A stretch of DNA of 64,000 nucleotides, from contig JAVJSW010000001.1 in assembly GCA_040219255.1 (NCBI GenBank), positions 37,250 through 101,249 on the forward strand, in the 5' to 3' direction. Origin of the DNA: Sumerlaeia bacterium (GTDB taxonomy: Bacteria > Sumerlaeota > Sumerlaeia > SLMS01 > JAHLLQ01). Of this stretch, positions 27,701 to 34,335 are shown piece after piece. The notes beneath the pieces were generated by a model. The model did not search any database. It had not been told where the DNA came from and saw nothing but the letters and a program-made list of their open reading frames with translations. The translations under genes and the position numbers were made by a program. Position 1 is the stretch's first letter; each line of letters starts with the position of its first letter.

Positions 27701-30508
27701 CGGCGGTTGCGCGCCCGATTCGCTGGCCTTCAGGAACTGATAAGCCAGATATTCGGCGCGATAGACATTATTGTTTTCGGACACGATTTCCTGCGCCCAA
27801 ACCGCCCGGGTCTCGTCCAATTCCGGATCGGACGCCATTTCATAGAAGTTCGTTCCGGTGATGTGGTAATAGATCTTGCCATCGCGAATGACCGTCGAAA
27901 GATCCAAAGGTTGCGTGTTGACGCTAAATTTCTGTTTTCCGAACTGGATGACATCGCCACCGTCGGCGTACAATTCCAGTTTGTCCTTCAGTTGACGAAG
28001 GGCGTCTTCCTTGATGGTTTTCAACCGGCTTTGAATTTCGTCGGATTTGACCGAGTCGCCCAGGTCCCGCAGTTTCTCGATCGTGTCGCGCACTTTATCA
28101 ATCATCAAATCGGTGGCGAAGTAACTGTTGATTTCGTCCACCGACTTCATGCCGCGAGCGCGATTTTCGACGCCCTTCAGGATGCGGTCCGCCGCCCCCT
28201 GGAGCGTGACCGCCCGCTTCTGGCGGGCTTCCATCAGCGACGTCTTCTTGCTCTCGAACGCCTGATAAATCTCTTCCCGCTTGGTGGAAAGCTCCGTCAC
28301 GAATTCATCGTAATCGGCAAACTTGCCTTCCAGCTCCTCGACCTGGACGAGTAACTTCGTCAGGTACTCGTCGCACTTCTCCGGTGTGTCGCAAAGGTCC
28401 ATGAAGTTCACGACGCTCTGGCTGACGAGCTTGATTTGCGATCCGAACTCCGCGACCGCTTCCGCGCTGCCCAATTCCTTTTTCTTGTTTGTCAAGGCGG
28501 CGCGGACCTGATTGACCTTCTGGAAAATCGCGGAAATCGCATCGATGATTTGGGTCGTCTTCGTCGAATCGTCGATTTTCAAATTCCCGACGATTTCGAT
28601 CAACAATTCGAGCTGCCCGCTGATTTCGTGAATCGCCTCTTCATGCTCGCGAGCTTCCGTGACTTTCGTCAATTTCGGAATCGCCGCCTTCTCCTCCGCG
28701 ACTTTCTCTTCGTAGATATCGAGGGCGTTTGGCTGGAGCAAGAACTCCACCGTTTTCTCTGAGACCCCGTCGCTCTGCTCGGCGACCTGCTTCTCCAGCG
28801 CTTCCACGTGCGGCAAATCCACATAGCGGAGGTCCTTGAGCGAAATCACCTCGCCGCGCAGCAAACGCAATTCATTCAGCCCCGCCACATAGCCATCCAC
28901 CGCGGGCCATTGCCGGCCGCGCAGGCTCCCAAGAATCTCTTCCGCTTTCTTTGTCGTTTCGCGGACTTTCGTTTCCGTCTGCTTGCGAAGCGCCGTGACT
29001 TTTTCGAACTCGTCGATGGCCGTGCCGGCGCTCCTGCGGATTTGCTCCAGCACTTCCTTTAAATTGAAGAGCTCGCCCTCGCCCACCCAAAAATACGAGT
29101 CCGTGATATCCGTGGTGTTCTTCACCAAGTCCAGATACAGACTCTCGTAAGGCGTTTCGCGGCGGCACAGCTTGATGACTTCCCAGCATTCCGCCATCGC
29201 TCGCACAACTTCTTTGTTTCCAATTTTGTAGAGGCGCGAATCGCCCTTTTGAGGAAGCTCGAAATTCGGCCCCACATACGGGGTCTGCCACACCTGCACG
29301 GGATGGTGCTTTTGCGGCTCGATCTGATCGCCGAAGTACACCATTTCTCCGTTTTCGAAAATCGAATAACCCTGGCCGACAATCGGTGTCGCGACCCGCT
29401 GCTCGATCATGTTGTACGACAACAGAATATACACGCCGCTCGCCCTGTTGTGAAACACGAACAGGTGATCTTCGCCGTTGGCCGATGGCACCCGCCGCTC
29501 GAACAGCATTTCCTTCAGACCATGCTCGAACTGCTTGTGCTCGCCATTGACCAGGTAATAACCACTGCTAAAGATAATTCCGTGATCGTCCGGCAGAAGA
29601 ACGCAAGAATGCTGGATCGCATCCACGCGCCGCGCTTCCTTGATCTTGTCGTTATAGATGATATACCGATGATCTTTCTCCTGGTAAGGCTTGATCTTCA
29701 GCAATATCAGCGGCCCCACCACGGCGTAGGAAATCTCGGCGTCGTCCAGCACCTGGTCGGCGTTTTCCACCGGTTCCCGATAAATACCCTCACCCGACTC
29801 CGTATTGTCTTCCACCTTGATGGTCAAATCCCCGCCAACGGTTTCCACGAAAACTCGGTCTTCGATGGAAATGTGCGGGTGTTTCCCTTCGCGGTGCAGG
29901 TCGCGGTGCGTACGCTTCCAGGTGAACTCGTGCTGCGGCGGGTACTTGAACTCGTGATCGCTGCGGTTGTCCAGGTACGTCAACCCGTCCCCCTGAATCG
30001 CCCACTTGAAGGTCTTGATGTCCGTCGGCCGCTTGCCCACCTGGAAAACCATGAACAGGTGCGGCCCGATAATGGCGAATCGCGAGAACGTCGTTTCCTT
30101 GTAATACTTGTAGAGGTTGTTGAAATCCTCCTCGAACCGCTTGTCATCGATCAGGCTCAAATCCGCCGTGTGAAACTGGCGCTCCCGGTATTCGTAAACG
30201 GCGAAAACGTCCTTGAGCTCCGTCGTGCTCTTCAGACCGAAATGGACATTGTAGCCAAAGATAAACCGGGTTCCCACCGGCACCATATCGCGGGCGATGC
30301 AGTTATGCTCCGTCGTGATCCGCGCCCGGTCCAGGACCTGCAAATCGATCGAGCCAAAGGTGTCCTTCCGCACCGCGTTCAGCTTGTTGACGCGGTCCTG
30401 CAAATCCTTCGCCTGCGCCGCGAGACGATTGCGGATGATCTCGTAGGTGCCGCCTTCGAGCTGTGCTTGATCCTGTTGCGCCTGCGATTCTTTTTCAACG
30501 TCCGCCAT
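24758..30508 (-). CDS. Giant (1916 aa) uncharacterised protein: aromatic-rich N-domain + about 700-aa coiled coil + single AAA_5 (dynein/MoxR/McrB-class) ATPase module + C-terminal YbjN-like domain
   Basis: Walker A LLLISPPGYGKTTLMEYIANRLG, Walker B VMIYLDDIQHCNPEFLQKF, sensor-1-like KVCVIMAGNPYT; heptad-rich region about 500-1200; C-terminus FVWSPKEGEFNQAGSLRRFLEGSGFIV...RFYLEAEV...LLDFNSEI matches YbjN/T3SS-chaperone-like fold; RBS GGGGAAAGAGAGA before ATG; GC lower than neighbouring genes. Confidence 0.8.
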   Translation of the reverse strand: MADVEKESQAQQDQAQLEGGTYEIIRNRLAAQAKDLQDRVNKLNAVRKDTFGSIDLQVLDRARITTEHNCIARDMVPVGTRFIFGYNVHFGLKSTTELKDVFAVYEYRERQFHTADLSLIDDKRFEEDFNNLYKYYKETTFSRFAIIGPHLFMVFQVGKRPTDIKTFKWAIQGDGLTYLDNRSDHEFKYPPQHEFTWKRTHRDLHREGKHPHISIEDRVFVETVGGDLTIKVEDNTESGEGIYREPVENADQVLDDAEISYAVVGPLILLKIKPYQEKDHRYIIYNDKIKEARRVDAIQHSCVLLPDDHGIIFSSGYYLVNGEHKQFEHGLKEMLFERRVPSANGEDHLFVFHNRASGVYILLSYNMIEQRVATPIVGQGYSIFENGEMVYFGDQIEPQKHHPVQVWQTPYVGPNFELPQKGDSRLYKIGNKEVVRAMAECWEVIKLCRRETPYESLYLDLVKNTTDITDSYFWVGEGELFNLKEVLEQIRRSAGTAIDEFEKVTALRKQTETKVRETTKKAEEILGSLRGRQWPAVDGYVAGLNELRLLRGEVISLKDLRYVDLPHVEALEKQVAEQSDGVSEKTVEFLLQPNALDIYEEKVAEEKAAIPKLTKVTEAREHEEAIHEISGQLELLIEIVGNLKIDDSTKTTQIIDAISAIFQKVNQVRAALTNKKKELGSAEAVAEFGSQIKLVSQSVVNFMDLCDTPEKCDEYLTKLLVQVEELEGKFADYDEFVTELSTKREEIYQAFESKKTSLMEARQKRAVTLQGAADRILKGVENRARGMKSVDEINSYFATDLMIDKVRDTIEKLRDLGDSVKSDEIQSRLKTIKEDALRQLKDKLELYADGGDVIQFGKQKFSVNTQPLDLSTVIRDGKIYYHITGTNFYEMASDPELDETRAVWAQEIVSENNNVYRAEYLAYQFLKASESGAQPPVAELAVMEDAALLDAVQKFASPRYAEGYVKGVHDGDAAKIVRALAQMNQAVGLLRYPTASRACAQMWFRRFGDGELKGRLAQQLRGVRAILRVLPHRLDRGRFLAPLEEQLVAFAETTALFPAEAAREGAEYLYFELTAGEDFVIAPEAAKLFEGFTAHLKKANGAKAFEETLAGAEADPVGTFALVRAWLAGYLEKAKEAETLRPYLDEAAVLCFTGSFEKRRVLSASITRELEGMLGSHSRIAEGRYGLSYPEFMSRLAHYDRTVGPMFRTFQEAKKRSAERFREQLRLEEFKPRILSSFVRNKLLDQVYLPLIGDNLAKQMGTVGANTRTDRMGMLLLISPPGYGKTTLMEYIANRLGIIFMKINGPAIGHHVTSLDPVEAPNATARQELEKLNLSLEMGDNVMIYLDDIQHCNPEFLQKFISLCDAQRKIEGVYKGRTKTYDLRGRKVCVIMAGNPYTESGEKFQIPDMLANRADTYNLGDIIGDTRAAFELSYIENAMTSNASLARLSAKSHKDLHGILRIAETGSREGVDFEANHSATEISEYVDVLKKLMAVRDVILRINEMYIESAAQADEFRTQPPFKLQGSYRNMNKLAEKVLPVMNDAELKTLIFSHYDQEAQTLTTGAEANLLNFKLTFGFEQPGDRERWAEICDTFRRNQKFRGIGGGQADSMTQIMGVLNDLSEGVGGLNAGIAGGLTQLADRVEQSRPTGPQEVRATLEGESLGPVREALAELKLALDAMRQAQSESDRPVRAEFAPEALAGLQTGLADLKAALAEAASTRSEAPQAAAPAPISGDLRATFPPESLAQLHEILTSLAMAVIPERAPASAPTPPAPSENKFVWSPKEGEFNQAGSLRRFLEGSGFIVREVSRTEYLLERDGGLPVRLRIEGERFYLEAEVGALNGAAGPDLYRVLLDFNSEILPVSFALREDTLLLVESREGASLTRNELSAIIAALDGAHRKATGLLAQVGGGGG

Positions 30509-30900
30509 GGTTGTCTCTCTTTCCCCATTCTGGCCTCGGTGGCCAATTCGTCATTTTTTTTGGCGAGATAAAGATTGTGTAAGGACAAGGCCGCTGTGGT
30601 TTCTTTCCACATAATGATCCAGCGCGAGTAGCAAATTCTCTCGCTTGCCAGATAGAGGTACAAAAGCAATCCGGCTATAGTCCCCATCATATGGTATTCT
30701 GGATAAACAAGTACCCAAAGAAATCCAACTGTCACTGCGATAGGAACCACAAAAGCCCATTTGTAACGCTTCCAGTTCTTCCGCGTTTGAAAACAGCTCT
30801 TGATAAAAGGAATCTGCTCCTCGGTGACACCTAGCCTGGGATTCACAACCAATGCGAGTTCCTGACTGCTTGGTTCTTCGAGTGTGCTGTTGGGTGTCAC
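30379..30900 (-). CDS. Small hypothetical 2-TM membrane protein encoded in a low-GC (about 43%) patch; 3' end overlaps start of giant ATPase gene
   Basis: 173-aa ORF; TM segments WAFVVPIAVTVGFLWVLVY and GTIAGLLLYLYLASERI; Arg-rich tail is read-through into 24758..30508 in another frame; could instead be non-coding spacer. Confidence 0.3.
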   Translation of the reverse strand: MTPNSTLEEPSSQELALVVNPRLGVTEEQIPFIKSCFQTRKNWKRYKWAFVVPIAVTVGFLWVLVYPEYHMMGTIAGLLLYLYLASERICYSRWIIMWKETTAALSLHNLYLAKKNDELATEARMGKERQPWRTLKKNRRRNRIKHSSKAAPTRSSAIVSRRRRRICRTASTS

Positions 30901-30943
30901 CGAGTACGATTTCCTTTCGGGTCCGGCTGGGCGGTTTGGGGGA

Positions 30944-33058
30944 TTACCCCTTCTTCACCAGCCCCGGCTCGCCCAGCAACTGGGCCGCCGGTTTGTCGCT
31001 CAGGCCCGCCTGCTTCGCGCCGTCCAGCAGCCCTTGCAGCATCGCCTTCGTTTCCTTCTCCTTCGTCATGCCGATCAGGCGCAGCAGCAGCGCCGACGTC
31101 GTCAGGTTCTTCAGATCCGCCGTCGTCACGCCGAAGGTATCGACCAGCTCCTTGACCTTCACGCGCAGGGCTTCGCCCGCGTCGCTGGTGCCGTTGCCGT
31201 TGGGGATGAAAGCATCCCGCAGGCCCGACGCCACGTCGCTGTTCTGCACGAACCGGTCGACCGACTTGCCGTAGGAAATCGAGTTCACGATACGATCGAA
31301 GAACATCGAGTCGCCGCCGACGATGTCGATCTTGGCGCTCTTCAGGCCTTCGCGGATCACGCTGGCCTGGGCTTCGGCGATGTCGCGCTGGATCGTGATC
31401 TGGGCCAACTCGATTTCCTTGTCCTTGGCCAGGCGCAGCTTGAACTCCTCGTGCTCGCGGCCCACCGCGTCCAGCTTCTTCATCGCTTCGGCCTTTTGCG
31501 TGATGCCTTCCGCTTCCGCGTTCATCTTCTGGCGCATGACTTCCGCTTCCGCTTCGCCCTGCTTCTGGGTCGCTTCGGCTTTGGCGGCCAAGCCCATCGC
31601 TTCCGCTTCCGCCTTCTTCTGGATGACTTCCGCCTGGGCCGCGCCTTCCTTGGCCAGGGCCGACGCGCGGGCCTCCATCACGCGGACTTCCGACATGCCG
31701 TGCACGGCCTCTTCCTCGGCTTTCGCGGCGGCCAGGGTCTTCATCGCTTCGGCGCGTTGATCGGCGGCCAGCTTGTCCGCCTCCGCTTCCACCTGCACCT
31801 GCTTGGCGCGGTGGTCGGCGGCCTGGCGTTCGGCCTCGGCGGCTCTCACCCGCTTGATCATTTCCTCCTCGGCTTTGCGCTGCGCCTCCACCAGGGCCAC
31901 ATGCTTCTCGCGCTCGGCGCCGGCGTGGGCCTGCGTGTCCTTGATGCGCTCTTGCTCCTCGACCACCTGGCGCTCCACGACAACCCGTTCGCGGATGACG
32001 TCCTGGATGTTCTTGCGCTGCTCTTCGACGCTCTTCTCTTTTTCGATCTGCGCCAAGGTCACGATGCGTTCGCGCTCGTTTTGCTCCAACTGGCGAGCCT
32101 GCTCCACCCGTTCGCCTTCCACAGCGTCGGTGCGTTCCTTCGCCCGCCGGGCCACGATGACCTGGCGTTCGCGGTTTTGCTCCGCCACTTCCAGCTCTTC
32201 CGCCGTCGCGATGCGCGCCTGCTCGGACTTCTGCCATTCCTGAGCCTTCACGATGGCCGCTTCCGCTTCCTCGCGGCTTGTCAGGGCGGCGATCTCCTTC
32301 TTCTGCCGCTGCTCCGCTTCCGTGCGCTGCCGGTCCAGCTCCAGGATCGCCTCGCGCGCTTCCACGTCCTGCTGCTTGATCGTCTTCTCTTTATCGCGCT
32401 CGATCTTGTTCGCCAGCATCTGCTGCTTCGATGTCAGATCGGTGATCTTCTTGATACCCTCGGCGTCCAGGATGTTGTCCGGGTTCAACGTCTCCTTGGG
32501 CGTCTGCTCCAGGTAATCGATCGCCGCGTCGTCCAGGATGTAACCGTTCAGGTCCGTGCCGATGATCTGCAGGATCTCGTTCTTGAACTTCTCGCGGCTC
32601 GAGTACAACTCGGTGAAGTCAAAGCCCTTACCGACCGTCTTCAGCGCCTCCGAGAACTTCGCGTCGAAGAACTCCACCAGCGCCGCCGGGTCGCTCGCCC
32701 GCTCGCAGCCAATGCTTTGCGCCACTTTCAAAACGTCCTGCTCCGTCTTGTTCACGCGGACAAAGAAGGCCACCTTGATATCGGCGCGCATGTTGTCCTT
32801 ACAAACCAGGCCATCCTTGCCCGTGCGCCAGATTTCGATGCGCTTGACCGAGACGTCGATTTCTTCCAGGCGGTTGAACACTGGGTAATAGAAGCTCGCC
32901 GAGAAGACGACTTTCGATCCGCTGCGGCTGGTGATGATCAGGGCTTTGCCTTGTTTCGCTTTGACCAGGAAGAATCGGGCCGCGGCCACATAGCCGACAA
33001 TCAGTATCAGGCCGACAAGAAAGGCGATACCGAGAATGAGATAAACGAGGTCCATCAT
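30944..33058 (-). CDS. Flotillin-like SPFH/band-7 protein (YqiK/FloT type) with long Ala/Glu/Gln-rich coiled-coil region
   Basis: 704 aa; N-terminal TM, SPFH domain (VFNRLEEIDVSVKRIEI...DNMRADIKVAFFVRV), extensive EA-repeat coiled coil, flotillin C-terminus. Confidence 0.9.
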   Translation of the reverse strand: MMDLVYLILGIAFLVGLILIVGYVAAARFFLVKAKQGKALIITSRSGSKVVFSASFYYPVFNRLEEIDVSVKRIEIWRTGKDGLVCKDNMRADIKVAFFVRVNKTEQDVLKVAQSIGCERASDPAALVEFFDAKFSEALKTVGKGFDFTELYSSREKFKNEILQIIGTDLNGYILDDAAIDYLEQTPKETLNPDNILDAEGIKKITDLTSKQQMLANKIERDKEKTIKQQDVEAREAILELDRQRTEAEQRQKKEIAALTSREEAEAAIVKAQEWQKSEQARIATAEELEVAEQNRERQVIVARRAKERTDAVEGERVEQARQLEQNERERIVTLAQIEKEKSVEEQRKNIQDVIRERVVVERQVVEEQERIKDTQAHAGAEREKHVALVEAQRKAEEEMIKRVRAAEAERQAADHRAKQVQVEAEADKLAADQRAEAMKTLAAAKAEEEAVHGMSEVRVMEARASALAKEGAAQAEVIQKKAEAEAMGLAAKAEATQKQGEAEAEVMRQKMNAEAEGITQKAEAMKKLDAVGREHEEFKLRLAKDKEIELAQITIQRDIAEAQASVIREGLKSAKIDIVGGDSMFFDRIVNSISYGKSVDRFVQNSDVASGLRDAFIPNGNGTSDAGEALRVKVKELVDTFGVTTADLKNLTTSALLLRLIGMTKEKETKAMLQGLLDGAKQAGLSDKPAAQLLGEPGLVKKG

Positions 33059-33064
33059 GGGACG

Positions 33065-33754
33065 TTAGGGCTCCTTGGCGATAAGTTCGGAAGAGGGTAA
33101 GGGTTCGATTTGGTAAATGCCCCGGCTTTCGTCTTCGTTGACGATCACAGCCTGTTGCCGGGCGGCGAGGGTGATGCCTTCGCGGGTTCGCACGTTCAGA
33201 CGCAGCGGCGCGCCCGTGATTTCGATTTCCGCCTGGCCGATACGGATCGCGTCCACGGCGGTCAGCGTCGTGCAGATACGCCCCGTCAGATCGCGAATCG
33301 TTATCTCGTTCGACTCCCGGGCGGCTTTCGCCAACGGCGCCGTGATCGCCTTCGTGGCGAAAATCGCCAGGATGTAGGCCACGAACAAAATCACCAGGCC
33401 AATACCCGGATCGTGGTTCGGATTCAGGACGATCGTCCCGATCATCGTGATGGTCCACATCACCAGGATCAAAATCCCGATCACGATCATCAACGGAACC
33501 TGATGGGCGTTGATGAAGGAAAGGAAACCCGACAGAATCCCGCCGCCACCGCTCCCCCCCTCCGCATCCAGGTCCGCATCCCCGTCCACGCCCGCATCCA
33601 GGTCCAGGTCGGCGTCGATTTCCGCCTCCATATCCAGCGAATCGCCACCCACGAATCCCAGAATCACGAACAGCCAGTAGGCCACGACCAAGAGCAACGG
33701 CACCGTCACGATCAGGTTGATCGGCGCAAAGACAACATTCAGCAACTCAGCCAT
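33065..33754 (-). CDS. YqiJ/NfeD-like membrane protein (flotillin-associated, C-terminal OB-fold)
   Basis: About 230 aa from Met MAELLNVV; 3-4 TM helices, acidic loop (DADLDLDAGVDGDADLD), C-terminal beta-barrel (ITIRDLTGRICTT...IEITGAPLRLNV); 6-nt gap to flotillin start, as in yqiJK/nfeD-floA operons. Confidence 0.7.
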   Translation of the reverse strand: MAELLNVVFAPINLIVTVPLLLVVAYWLFVILGFVGGDSLDMEAEIDADLDLDAGVDGDADLDAEGGSGGGGILSGFLSFINAHQVPLMIVIGILILVMWTITMIGTIVLNPNHDPGIGLVILFVAYILAIFATKAITAPLAKAARESNEITIRDLTGRICTTLTAVDAIRIGQAEIEITGAPLRLNVRTREGITLAARQQAVIVNEDESRGIYQIEPLPSSELIAKEP

Positions 33755-34066
33755 CCATTTCTCGCTCCTTTCGGCACTTCGCGTTCGCATCCCTTACTTC
33801 ACCACCGAGAGCCCTATTCACCGCCCCGGCGGAAAAATCGGCGGCGCCCATTGATTGCGCCCCTCGATCCGATTTTCGCCCCTGTTTTTTCGCCTCTATT
33901 CGTCTCGCCCTTTCCGCCAGTGGTCAAGCTCAGCCGACACCCGCCGAAGCCTTTTCTTTCGCCCTTTCCCCCTTGACAGATCGGCCCGCCTTGCCTTCCC
34001 CTTTTCCCTAGCTCCTGGCTCCGCTCCAACTCGCGGCCCGCCAGGCATAAGGGAAAGACTCCGCAG

Positions 34067-34171
34067 ATGTTTTTCGCGACGCTCCAGCTTTTGGTTTTCG
34101 CCACTGCCCACAAGGCAGAGCGGTGGATCCTGGGCCGTCGCCTCGCCGTGGTCGTAGTACGAACGCTCTGA
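34067..34171 (+). CDS. Candidate ilv leader peptide (34 aa, MFFATLQLLVFATAHKAERWILGRRLAVVVVRTL)
   Basis: Short ORF with RBS AAGGGAAAG; four consecutive Val codons (GTG GTC GTA GTA) just before the stop; stop codon embedded in 5' arm of a strong hairpin; followed by terminator and ilvB. Confidence 0.5.
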   Translation: MFFATLQLLVFATAHKAERWILGRRLAVVVVRTL

Positions 34172-34263
34172 GACGGGGCCGCCCGCCGGCCCGCCCCTCG
34201 GGCCATGCGTCTCAGAGCCGAAAACACCAGCCGCTGACGTCCGTCGGCGGCCTTTTTGTTGTC
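34165..34263 (+). promoter_or_regulatory. Transcription attenuator upstream of ilvB: 11-bp-stem hairpin (gctctgagacg...cgtctcagagc) followed by intrinsic terminator (gccgctgac-gtcc-gtcggcggc + CTTTTTGTTGTC)
   Basis: Perfect 11-bp inverted repeat 34165-34175/34208-34218; second hairpin 34230-34251 followed by U-tract 34252-34263; located about 75 nt upstream of ilvB start. Confidence 0.55.
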
Positions 34264-34335
34264 ACTGCGTCTCCAAAAGACACCACGGCTTTGCGAAACC
34301 CAACCCACACCGCCAAATCAAGAGAACCTCTCGCT

